A stretch of 63,957 nt of DNA, filler included, from Trypethelium eluteriae (Eukaryota), in NCBI GenBank assembly GCA_051942245.1. It is 3 parts of 3 records of this genome, joined end to end, with 100 filler letters (N's around TTAATTAATTAA, not from the genome) between each part and the next. Parts side by side here need not be neighbours in the genome. Positions count along the whole stretch, not along the records: positions 23,369 to 46,631 come from JAVECL010000427.1; positions 46,732 to 63,957 come from JAVECL010000596.1; 1 more part is not named here. One strand, given 5' to 3'. The position numbers were made by a program, and so were the translations under genes. The notes beneath the pieces were generated by a model that searched no databases, had not been told where the DNA came from, and worked only from the letters and a program-made list of their open reading frames with translations. This document shows positions 37,756 to 49,314 of this stretch, piece after piece. The stretch's first letter is position 1. Each line of letters starts with the position of its first letter.

Positions 37756-40031
37756 ATGGCATCTCACCTGCTTTCCAATTTTTCAAAGCCAACCAACGGC
37801 CATGTCAAGGACGGCAAGCAACATGATCTCGAGCGTGATGTCAAGAACGTTCACGATCCACACTGGCGGATTACCTCGGACTTTGGTGTCAAGCAGTCGA
37901 ATACCGATGATTGGCTACGAGTTGCCACTGAAGACCAGACTGGTCCTTCGCTTCTTGAGGATCATTTTGCCCGGGAAAAAGTACGCCCACTCGCATGTAC
38001 AACTGAATTCTCCAGGATACTTACATGTTTCGTTAGATCCACCGTTTTGATCATGAGAGGATTCCCGAACGCGTCGTCCATGCTCGCGGTGCTGCAGCCT
38101 TCGGTCACTTCAAGCTCACCGAGAGCGCTTCCGATGTAACCAATGCCGCCGTTCTGACCGACACTTCTCGTGAAACACCAGTGTTCCTTCGCTTCTCCAC
38201 GGTCTTGGGCAGTCGAGGCAGTGCCGATACCGTTCGGGACGTTCGTGGCTTCGCCGTCAAGTTTTACACTCAAGAGGGTAACTGGGATATCGTTGGCAAC
38301 GATATTCCTGTATTTTTCATTCAAGATTCCATGAAATTCCCCGACCTGATTCACTCTGGCAAACCCGAACCCAATAATGAAGTCCCCCAGGCCCAGACTG
38401 CCCACAATAACTTCTGGGATTTTGTATACCTACATTCAGAGGCTACACATATGTACCAGTGGGCAATGTCGGATCGAGGCATTCCTCGTTCATACCGTAT
38501 GCTCCAGGGCTTTGGTGTCAACACCTACACCTTGATGAACGACAAGGGCGAGCGCCACTTCGTCAAATTCATCTTCACACCTGAGCTTGGTGTACACTCA
38601 TTTGTATGGGATGAGGCTCTTAAGCTTGCAGGGCAAGATCCGGACTTTCACCGGAAAGACCTTTGGGAGGCTATCGAGTCTGGCAATCCGGCTAGGTGGA
38701 AATTTGGGATCCAAGTAATACCGGAGTCTAAGGAGCATGATTTTGACTTCGATATTCTCGATGCTACTAAGATCTGGCCGGAAGAACTTGTACCTATCCG
38801 ATACATCGGTGAACTGGAGCTTAACCGGAATCCTGATGAGTACTTCACGCAGACTGAACAAGTCGCCTTCTGCACTAGCCATGTCGTTCCTGGAATTGGC
38901 TTTTCGGATGACCCTCTGCTTCAAGGCCGGAACTTTTCCTACCTCGACACACAGCTCACCCGTCTAGGGGTCAATTGGCAAGAGCTACCCATCAATCGTC
39001 CCGTATGCCCGTACCTCAATCACAACCGAGATGGCGCTATGCGTCACACAATCAACCGGGGTACGGTGAACTACTGGCCCAACCGGTTCAGTGCCGTCGC
39101 TCCTGCCAAACCCGAGGAGGGCGGCTACGTCGACTACCCGCAAAAGGTCGAAGGCATCAAGACCCGCATGCGCAGCAAGAAATTCCGTGACCACATCTCT
39201 CAAGCCCAGCTCTTCTACAACTCCATGAGCTCGCACGAGAAGAAGCACATCGCCTCCGCCCTCTCCTTCGAGCTCGACCACTGCGACGACCCCACCGTCT
39301 ACGAACGCATCTCGCAGCGCCTCGCCGACATCGACCTCAAACTCGCGCAGCAAGTCGCCGCCCAAGTCGGCGCCCCGGCACCGCAACACGCCAGCATCGC
39401 CAACCACGGCAAGACGGCCAAGGGGCTCTCACAAACCGAGTTCCTGCCCGCCGAGCCCACCATCCAAACCCGCCGCGTCGCCATCCTCATCGCCGACGGC
39501 TTCGACCCCGTCGCCTACAGCGCCATCGTCGCCGCGCTGAAGTCCGCCCGCGCCATGCCCTTCACCATCGGCCCGCGGCGCGGCGCCGTCTTCGCGAAGG
39601 GCGAGAGCCGCGAGCATGGGCAGGGCGTCAAGCCGGATCACCATCTTGAGGGCATGCGCAGCACGATGTTCGACTCGGTGTTTGTGCCTGGAGGTGCGGA
39701 TTCCGTGGAGACGCTGAGGAAGAACGGGCGCGCGCTGCATTGGGTGCGCGAGGCGTTTGGCCATCTCAAGGCGATTGGGGCGACGGGTGAGGGCGTGCAG
39801 TTGGTGAGGGATGCGTGTCAGTTGGAGGGCGTCCGCTTCTCGGAGGGAGAGGACGTGGTGTCGTTGTATGGGGTGGTGACGGCGGTGAAGACGCAGCCGG
39901 AGCGGTTGAAAGAGGTGTTTAAGATGGCGAGGGGGGCGGCGAACTTTGTGGATTCGTATTTCTGGGAGATTAGCCAGCATCGCAACTGGGATCGGGAGAT
40001 GGATGGATTGGCTGAGATGGTGGCGTATTAG
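37756..40031 (+). CDS. catA: Large-subunit (clade 2) monofunctional catalase, non-secreted CatA/CAT-1 type, with C-terminal DJ-1/PfpI-like domain
   Basis: Intron 37981..38036. Distal His motif FDHERIPERVVHARG, then RFSTVLGSRGSADTVRD, proximal RNFSYLDTQ and C-terminal RVAILIADGFD..STMFDSVFVPGG..EAFGHLKAIG. No signal peptide. Confidence 0.95.
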
Positions 40032-42189
40032 GTGGAGGTGTGGGCATGCTGTTACGGTTGAAGATGGGAGCTGGAGCAGATGCGGAGAAATGAGGAAAGA
40101 ACGGTAATATTTCTTGGTGTTGATAGTTTCTCAAAACATTGCAGCAGATGCTGTATTTTCTCGCTTCATGTACTCATCTTGAGTTTGCTGAATGAAATAC
40201 CATTGGTTGTGGCATTTGAATCAAAGTCACGGAATCGCACGAATAATCGCAGTACGTGAAAGCCAGCGTAGCTACCAAGAATACAAGCACATTGCCTTGC
40301 AAGGCGATAGTGATCTGGTCACATCAAACACTGGAAAGGGCAATGGCGAAGCTCGCAAAAAATGCTGGTATTCGTAATCCTAAGGAGACCAGAGAGAGGA
40401 ATGGAGAACTACACTCTGTACCCGCGCATGATGGATATCATGAATGCCAGAGAGGACGATTTTTACCCTCGGAAGTCTTCGTTCTACGCTACGCCCAAGC
40501 TTTGTTTCCGCTCTTCGTAAGAAAGGTACCTGACTTAGATAGCTGCGCGGACAGCCACCTATTGGATGGAAGTTGATCCCACTTCTCACGAAGCGAGAGG
40601 TAGAGAAATCGCTCGAGGATAGACCTGGATGAGCGGAGACCCAGAGAAGCGTTACTTTCATTTTCGTGTTGGGGGATTTCATAGTGTACTCATCCAATCT
40701 TGTTGGTGGAGGCAACAGCCGAGACTAAAGAGTACGAGAACAATTATCGGATGTTTGTTGGTGTTGCGACACGGTTCAACAAAAGAAGAACACTTCCATA
40801 AGGTATGGGGTCGTTTCACAACCAACTCCTCAAGTCCATCAAAGCGAGTGAGGTCATTCTAGCTACCTAATGCATAAGACCGGCTTGCGCGTTGTTAGTA
40901 ACGACGAGGAGTTTTTTTTTTTTAATTAGCGTCTATGTGGATTCATGCTCTTGAAGTACCAGCGATTGCAGGTGGGGTTGACCAGACGCACAGCTGAGCT
41001 TCCCACAAGAGTTTCAAAAAGCAGATCAAGAGAAGGGGCATGCGCACTTTAAGTATTAAGTAACAGGATATCTAAGTCTCGTGTCTCTGTAATCAAAGAA
41101 GATTGCTTTTGGGGAAGGGTTAATTCGATGGCGAGGAAGGATTGCTGACAGGTGTCAGTGGTCCACCACTGATGCGTGGCTCAGCTCCCTAACCTGGGAA
41201 GGTGCTAGTGCCCCTTTTCCCTGTCGATCATACCTTATGCAATAGTTGCGTCGTACCTACTTCGTACTCCGTACTCCGTACTCCTCTCCATACCATACGA
41301 ACTGGGATGACTGACGGATCATCAGAGAAGCCGCGCCTTACAGCTGCACCAGACGCCACTTATCTTGCCCGTGATCTGCCCCAAGAAGAGCGAGCGATTG
41401 TTCACGGGGGAACTGCGAAGCTTCCTGTCGCTTCCCTTTTCCATATCGGCATGACTTCCAGAATAGACACAGACCGGTTAACTGCAAAAGTCCGCTATCA
41501 GCATCGGTCACTATTGCGGGCAGGCAACGCTACATGCGCCAATCAGTACATTACCCGAAATGCATGAGACCGCCCGGTGGCTTTCGGGGTCTGCTTGGGC
41601 TGCCTGCCAGTAATCGCTGTTGGTCGCTGTTACACGATCTAGATCTGTGGACGAGAATGGCGCCGAACCATCCCACGAGCAAACAACCTTGTCAACGAAT
41701 AGGTCGCATAGATCTATACTACCCAGTAAGTGTTATAATGGCTACTTATGCAAACTATCGTGCGTCACAAAAGAAAATACCCGTCACTTCAGGGACTGTA
41801 AGAAAAGTTGGTCAGAGCTGGCCCGAGAGAGTAAGACACTGACAACACCGGTGTAAGTTGCATTTTTAGTCCGCGTTATAAATCTCATTTTTGGAAAGCA
41901 AAGACAACATAGGATGTTTCCGCTCATCTCGAGTTCTAAACGCTTTCGAGGCCATCTATGGCCGTTCAGGTGTTAGAGACCTTCGACCACTCATACCTGC
42001 CTCCAACATCCGAAATGGCCAGTCAACCCTTGCACTGAGCTGTTCTATCATCAGTGCTGCTTGGGAAACTGTCTTAATTAAGGGAAGGCCATGGCATCGA
42101 CCTGATAGCAGATTGCAAGGGACCTTTCTTAGCATGCTCATGCACACATCTTGTACTCCAATTCATAGAACTTCTCGCTCGCCGCTCTC

Positions 42190-43869
42190 ATGTATCAAAG
42201 TTCCAGTATGGCGACTAAAAACTTCCGGTCCGTTCCGCAGCTACTACGAAAATCTTCGCCTCTCAAGTGGACAGTCGTGGGTCTAATGGTCATCTGGACC
42301 TTGTTTGTGATCAATAAGCTGGACATAGTCAAAGAGGATCTCCGCACCAAGTTCCCATCATTCTACCTACAATCTTTTGCCTCCCACCATAGACCATCTT
42401 CCTCTAGGACGCAACGACCAAACTATCACTCTTCCGCCGCCATCGAACCTTCAAATCTTACCTTCGTCCAGCGTCTGTTGGATCTCGAGGAGGTGTTCGA
42501 CTACCAGTGTCGCACTATACAAACCAAGCAAAGTCCCGGCATGTCACGATCTCGAATGCAAGCAGTGGATGAAAGAATTTTCCAGGAACCGCTCCACGTT
42601 GAATCTGTAGAGGACGAGAAGACAGACTCGCTAAGTTGTCAACCTCTTGGTCTGCCTGTGCCCCAGTTCAAGGTCAACTCAGACGTCGATACTTCGTCAT
42701 TGTTCTTTGGTGCAGCGACCACGCTCGATCGTCTTAACTCAAGTGCGCCATACTGGGCACGGTGGCTCAAGGGTTCAGAGGCAAGCCTTGTTGCGGTTAT
42801 ACACTGGGATCCCCAGAATGAACCAGGAATCACTACACCTGAGCAGTTACGGGCAACATCGAAATGGGCAGAAGTCGGTCAAACCTTACGAGACCATGGT
42901 CTTAATGTAACCCTTAAACCATATATGGAATTTGGGGAAGGAACTCATGCGGTAGGCGATAGCCAAGAAAGACGGCATGTCTCAATTGCCCAAGCAATGT
43001 TCTTGGTGAAAGAGCCTCGACACGAGTGGTTCATCGTCTTTGACGACGACACCTTTTTTGTCTCTCTTCCCCACTTACTGCATGCACTCGAGCCGTTCGA
43101 CCCTAAGAAGCCGCATTTTCTCGGCCAGGTTTCCGAGAGTCGATTCCATTTTCATAATGCGGCTTTTATGCCGTTTGGCGGGGCTGGCACCATTCTAACA
43201 GGTCCCGTACTCAAGCAAATCAATGACCATTACAAAACTTGCATCGATCGGCCTCGGGATAATGCCGATGTCAACCCAAAACCCCCAGGTGGTGACATGC
43301 TTCTCAAATTCTGTGTCGAGGAGGCAGACGGGACATCAACGACATCGCTGGAGCTTCTTCCTGGCCTACATCAGGTCGACTTACACGGTGATCCGTGGGG
43401 TTGGTATGAGTCAGGACTTATGCAGCTCTTGACCCTCCATCATTACCACACGTTTGCGGTTTTCCCTATGTTGGAGGCTAGTCTTGTCACTGATGTATGC
43501 GGCGACTGTTTCCTCCAACGCTATCGCTTCCAAGACGAGACGGTTTTCACTAACGGTGTATCAATCGTCAAATATCCGAACGGCCTCGAGCACATTCCCT
43601 TTCACAAAGTGGAACAGACTTTTACATCCTCGGGTCCTGGCGAGTTTACTGATTCTCTGGGCGAGCTTAGGCCGAAATTGACTGAGGGTGTCGGGAAGCT
43701 GAGCTGGAGATTCGAGACCGCTATTAAGACCGATGATGGTCTGGTGAGGCAGTTCTATGTCTCAAGAGACAATGAAAAGAATGGGGTCGAAGGAAGACCA
43801 GATAGCGTGTATGAATTAATCTTCCACGATAGCGACAGCTCAAGGTCCCTGCTGCATGGATGGAGGTGA
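42190..43869 (+). CDS. Glycosyltransferase family 31 (Fringe-like), type II membrane protein
   Basis: 559 aa. N-terminal TM segment WTVVGLMVIWTLFVI, then LFFGAATTLDRL, DxD motif WFIVFDDDTFF, FGGAG, GGDMLLKFC, LHQVDLHGD..GWYESG..LTLHH and CGDCFLQRY. Confidence 0.9.
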   Translation: MYQSSSMATKNFRSVPQLLRKSSPLKWTVVGLMVIWTLFVINKLDIVKEDLRTKFPSFYLQSFASHHRPSSSRTQRPNYHSSAAIEPSNLTFVQRLLDLEEVFDYQCRTIQTKQSPGMSRSRMQAVDERIFQEPLHVESVEDEKTDSLSCQPLGLPVPQFKVNSDVDTSSLFFGAATTLDRLNSSAPYWARWLKGSEASLVAVIHWDPQNEPGITTPEQLRATSKWAEVGQTLRDHGLNVTLKPYMEFGEGTHAVGDSQERRHVSIAQAMFLVKEPRHEWFIVFDDDTFFVSLPHLLHALEPFDPKKPHFLGQVSESRFHFHNAAFMPFGGAGTILTGPVLKQINDHYKTCIDRPRDNADVNPKPPGGDMLLKFCVEEADGTSTTSLELLPGLHQVDLHGDPWGWYESGLMQLLTLHHYHTFAVFPMLEASLVTDVCGDCFLQRYRFQDETVFTNGVSIVKYPNGLEHIPFHKVEQTFTSSGPGEFTDSLGELRPKLTEGVGKLSWRFETAIKTDDGLVRQFYVSRDNEKNGVEGRPDSVYELIFHDSDSSRSLLHGWR

Positions 43870-45954
43870 GGAGCAAGTGGAGAATTTGAGCGTTCCGAGT
43901 GAATTCTGGGATATCCGATCTGGAAAATCAACACCTAACTACTCCTGAGTCGGACTACATGCATCTGGCGGGCACGGATACAGTAGGTAACGGGGACATT
44001 TTTCACGAATCTAACACAGAGGCCGGTGCAAGCCGACGCTAATCCCGCAACAAATTCATTTGCCGACGCAATACGAGATGAAAGGAGCACGACGCGATTT
44101 ACCCCAGTCTACTTTGAACAACTGAGATAATTTCTCTACCAGGCGATCGCAGCGAGCTCTCACGAATCGAGGCCAGAGACAAACCTCAGTGACTCAGTCG
44201 CTTCAATTGCCCGATATATTTGCACGGACTGTCTTCGAGGAGGACGTGGGATTACAAATCAGCCGCCGTCACCCATGTTGATGCTAATAGCAAAGAAATA
44301 GTAAATACCATGTATTTGAAATCAACGCAATTTCCAAGCGGAAGCGCAGTATCCTTGTACCAACAAATAAGCTCCCGATGACTACTCATTGGCTGCACAC
44401 AGTTTGGAGGCGTTATAACGCTTATAACGGCGCTTGCGCATCTGGATGTGCTCACCGCGGAGACATAGCTCGGAGTTAAGAGCCTTGGAGTATCTCGTAA
44501 GCATCTCGACTTTGATCAAAGTGCCCAAAGGTTGAGGAAAGTCACCGAATGCATTCGTTTTCAGCTGTAGAGCTAACAGCAATGGTGCTTTTTTACTCCG
44601 TGGCCATTACCATATCCGACTAAAGACCTGAAACAAGAGCCCAGGGATCGTAACCAATCAATGCTTTCCGAAGCAAGCAGCACCATTTCAGCCAAGATAC
44701 AATCTGTGGATGTGGTGGGCAGGAAAAAAAAGTAGCCAGATTAACAAGCTTCGTCAAGGGCACGACGGCAATATTCTTAGACCGTCTCTTAGGAGTACAA
44801 GCAGCAAGATAGGCTGCAAGAAGGATCGATCGCCACCACTTCTCCCGAAATCATCTTTTAGGAATTGCGACAGAGCTCTTCAAACATCTTGACCGAATAA
44901 TTGAGCATGTTAAACGCAGTGACGAGAACGCAAGCGGCGGTTTGTCGACTTTGGTTTGCCAGACCATTGTGCGCAGCTGATGGTGAAGCTTGCGGTTCTG
45001 ACTCGTAGTGGAGCTGGAAATCGGGTGTACGATGCAGTTCAGCAGATTACGGGATAGAGACCGACCACTTTTGATGAATTTGCAGAGAAGAATAAAGAAA
45101 CATGGCAATGACTTGCAAGGGGAAAGCTTCGAGAATGGACTTACCTAGCAAATAACGGAGTAATCCTGGCTCTGTTTAGGCCGCTAACTCCTTCTAATTA
45201 TCGAACTCTCTCCCGGTCGTCATCGCGTACTCGATGGTAACAACTTGCGATTGTGTTGACGCGATCGGAGTGGGCTTCGAATTTCGGAATTCGTTGGAGT
45301 AATCTTCTTCGTATGGCGTACAATAGCACGAGCAGGGACATTAGCGCACCGCAGATATAAGCTCACACGAACACCGAAGTACCTCTGTACCCAGGTAATC
45401 CCTACCATCCGCCTTTCAATTCCGTGCCAATCATCTCTTACCAGTACGTACCTACGGGCGCTATAGTCACTCGCATGTGCTCTCCTAATAGGATTACCCC
45501 GCGGTGCCCCTCCATCGCAAGATGCCGAATCACAGTCATCAAGTTGGAAATCGCATCCCAAAACCCTCAACCCACCTATACCTTGCCTTTTTCTTAATGA
45601 GAATGACTTTACTGACAGCAGGCATCTTTCTCGCGTTCGTCGTCAAGTGTACTGCTCTGTTCGCCGCCATGATCTTCGCGCTTGATTACCACTGGTAGAA
45701 CAGAATTCACTGAGTACAGAACGACTCTCGATCCGCGCATCCTCGTCCTCTTCGTCCCAACAAACCACGTCCCCTTTGGGCTCTCGGCATTCGCATCCAC
45801 ACTCCGTTTCTTTTTTCTCTTCCTCTTTTTTGTTCCATTTAGATATCGCAAGGTTTAGCTCGCGTATTGAACCCCTTCCGGCGCTCAAAAATACCGGTCA
45901 TTTCCAACCGTAGCTTCAAGTTCTCGCCAACGGCACGGCATTGACCGCGCAGCC

Positions 45955-46631
45955 ATGGCGGCCAACTTCAATGCAATCCCCACGCTACCCCTCGCGCAGG
46001 CGCGGGACCCCAAGACAAAATCTGCTTTCCTGGACGATTTGCGGTCGGCGCTGCTGAATGTGGGATTTCTCTATCTCTCAGAGACGGGGCTGGACGAGGA
46101 GTTGGTGGAGCGCGTCTGCGCAGAAACGAGGAGGTTTTTTGAGGAGCTGCCGGAGGACGAGAAGCTGAAGATTGAGATGAAGAACGAGAAGAGTTTTCTG
46201 GGGTACTCTAGGGTGAGTCCAGTTTTCCGAAAATCATTTCTGTCGTAGGCAAGAATATAAGCGTGTCCCAAAGCGACCAAGTAGAGGTGGGGAGAAATAG
46301 TATCAAAGTATTGTTCTGTATTCCTTGTCAATCACATTTGCTTTTGATAAATCGAAGAAAAAATACGCTTCAGAAAAGAGTTGGCCATCTCCTTTCATCA
46401 AGAGCACAACGCTTGCCTCCCACCCAAGGGTATCTCCACCACATGCTGCCTTATGCAACCTGACAACCACCGTACCACTAACGCCTTGCTATTCAAAATC
46501 ACTAGCTGGGAAACGAAACAACCGCCCGCGCCGCAGATCAAAGAGAGCAACTCGACCTCTCTACACCCCATGACCTCCCGGCTCCCACCGCACCACTTTA
46601 CCACAACCTCCTCGCCCCCAACCAATGGCCC
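45955..46631 (+). CDS. 2-oxoglutarate/Fe(II)-dependent dioxygenase (DIOX_N / IPNS-like), 5' part only, truncated by the gap
   Basis: Exon 1 45955..46212 has FNAIPTL.L..FLDDLRSALLNVGFLYL..FF.LP..EKL.IEM....FLGYSR. Intron 46213..46505. Exon 2 reads LGNETTA..DQREQLD..PLYHNLLAPNQWP. Confidence 0.88.
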
Positions 46632-46731
46632 NNNNNNNNNNNNNNNNNNNNNNNNNNNNNNNNNNNNNNNNNNNNTTAATTAATTAANNNNNNNNNNNNN
46701 NNNNNNNNNNNNNNNNNNNNNNNNNNNNNNN
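46632..46731. other. Assembly gap with artificial six-frame-stop linker
   Basis: 44 N + TTAATTAATTAA (46676..46687) + 44 N. Confidence 0.98.
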
Positions 46732-48570
46732 ATTCACCGCCGTACCCGCGCCCAGCCTCCCCCCACCATCCGCGCCAGCCAAACCCGCGCCCAACCCGCC
46801 ACCCTGATGCAGCCTTATCTTCTTATTATTCTCGAGCAGCGGATAGACATACAGAAAGCGGGTGGCACGCCCGACATGCGCGAACTGTTTCACGATGCCC
46901 GAATTGCACACCTTGAGCGGGTTGAGCGGGCCATAGACATGCTCCGCCATACGCGGTTGACAGCGATGCGCCCAACGCAGATCATCCGCATGCGTCTCCA
47001 GCAGCTCGCTGAGGTCTGAAGCACGCGGCTCCCCATCGGCGGCGGCGCCGGCGGCATCCACGCCCTCAGGCATCAGCTCCTCGGTGTTCGCCACGAGCGC
47101 CCTCCACCGGAAGCAGAAGATGTACAGCAGCGCCTGCACGCACGCATAGTACAGGCCGTAGCGCGTCTTGTCGGGTCGGATGCCGCCGACGACGTGGGCG
47201 GCGTTGCGGAAGTGCAGGTCGCGCATCTCGTCGCATTGGGTGAGGAGGAGGTCGAAGACGGAGACGACGTGCTGCGCGTCGACGCGTCGGCCCCGGGCGA
47301 CGAAGCTGGCGAGGTAGTCGACGGCGGAGGTGCGCGCGAGGGCGGTGCGGTTGCGGTCGCGGGTGAGGGAGGCGCAGGCGCCTTCGAACCAGTCCATGAA
47401 ATGGGAGGAGCGTTGGGCGAAGTGGAAGACGAGGAATTGAGTGTGGCGGCTGCGGTGCTTGGGGAGGATGGCGAAGTCGAAGAGAGAGAGGAGGTTCTCC
47501 ATGGCGTCCCAGGCATCCGGGCTGGGGGCTAGGTTGTCGGCGTCGTCGAATTTGATTTGGGTGTCGTAGTAGGTGAAGAGCATGTCCATGATACAGTCGA
47601 TCTTAGCGACTGAGCTGCGGAGGGTTTTATATCGCTCTTCATCTTCAGTGAGGCTGATAGTCGACATGTCATCGTCATCGCTGTCGTTGCTTTCGTCTTC
47701 CTCTTCGGGGTCTTCATCGAGGATACCGCTTTCCTCAATATCATCGTCAACACGGTCCATCTCTACTTGTACTTCCACATCCATCTTGACAAGCCGATCC
47801 ACAATGGCCGTGAGAATCTCAGATCTTAGTTCTGGAGCATATTCCGTCATCTTTATTACTTGCTGGGCAAAATTGATATGTGTCTTCTTCGAATCTTCCG
47901 AGGCAGGATATATCCTTGCAAGCATGCCCGACAGTATACTACTTGCACTCGGAAGCACTGAGAGCAGATATCTCAGTGTAGCATGCAAGCGTGCATTCAT
48001 CTGGGCTTTGGAGATTGGAGGGTTATTCGGTAGCTGTCCTGCTGCACCCGGTACACCTTTGAAATTTCCGATGATCATCTTAAACACGCTTCCCGTATAC
48101 CCGCCATGAGCGCTTAGCAGGAGTGCTAGAAATTGCTGAAATAATCCTACAAATGTTTCATCTCTTCCCAGCCACTGTGTATCCGTGACTGTATGCACTA
48201 ATTTGGAACTTTCTCTGCCCAAGCTACCCACGTGGAGTACTAACGCTTGCAGGTATTTGCTAAGTTTATTCGTGCTGGGAGCGTCTTCTTGAGTAGCCTG
48301 AGCGTTGAATAGCTCAATGATCTGATTGTAGTTTGTACGGTCGTTTTCGTTACCGCGAGTGAGGTGAGCGTCGAGAGCGCGTTTCACTTCTTCGCGAATG
48401 TACTCGAGTGGCTTGCTGTCATCCTGATCGTCAAGGATCTGTACATCAATATTCTCATTGAACGTGACTCGAAGTCTTTTGCTTGCTTCTTGTTCTTGTG
48501 CATCACCAATGCTGGAATCGTCAAGGCTACGTTTGAGACTAGGTGATGGAGAGGGTCCAAGGGTGGTCAT
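46732..48570 (-). CDS. RRN3: RNA polymerase I transcription initiation factor Rrn3 (3' end lost in the gap)
   Basis: Motifs EYAPELRSEIL..IVDRLVKMDVEVQ, an acidic loop, KIDCIMDMLF, ILPKHRSRHTQFLVF, YLASFVARG, YACVQALLYIFCFRW and LNPLKVC...IV.QFA. Confidence 0.95.
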
Positions 48571-49101
48571 GATGCAGATGGTAACTCGTATGCAGGCATG
48601 GAATTGAGAGCCCGCTTGTCGAAGTGGATATGTGGAAAATTCGTGTGCGTAGATGTGGGTCCGGAGTCGTGGTGGTCGTGTGCGCGAGTGACGAAGGTGA
48701 AAAGATCCTTGTACGCTCCACACCGCAAAGTGGGACCCAAGTCACGTGATTCTATATCTCGCCGTCGCCTCTAGATGCCCATGACGCGGTGCCAGCAACC
48801 GTCCATTGACAGAGGCTAATTTAAGACTGAGCCATTGGGAAAAATCAATACGAAGATAGGTATGCACCTGACAGCCGATTTCCGGTTCAGTACTAATGAA
48901 TTGTGGGGAGATACAATATTTCATGTACAATGCTATGCTCTACTTGTTTGTACCTTAAAGCCAGTACAATGCTCCAAACCAGAAAATCGCCATGCAAGTA
49001 AAGCAAAATGTCGAAGAAAATATGCAAGCGCTCACGATATGCATCCACCACCAGCCTGATCGATATCGCTCTAAGTCATAACATACTATGCCCATGGCGG
49101 T

Positions 49102-49283
49102 TCAGCGTCTCCCACCCTGCTGCTGCTGCTGAAAATAGCCATAACCATACTGCCCAGGGCCCGGCGTCCCCTGGCCTGGTGTCATCTGCCCCGGCGTCTG
49201 TGCTGGCCATGCTCCTGGCATCTGCTGCTGAGGCGTCCCGGGTGTCTGACCTCCATACCAAGACGCTCTCTGCCTGCCCATCA

Positions 49284-49314
<31 letters not shown>

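Noticed and set aside
40190..40870. Short coding-looking ORFs here and at 13390-13640, 21660-22480, 33100-33610 and 44250-45110
   Set aside because: They may be gene relics, but I recognised no family motif or consistent splice model, so they are not supportable without a database search.
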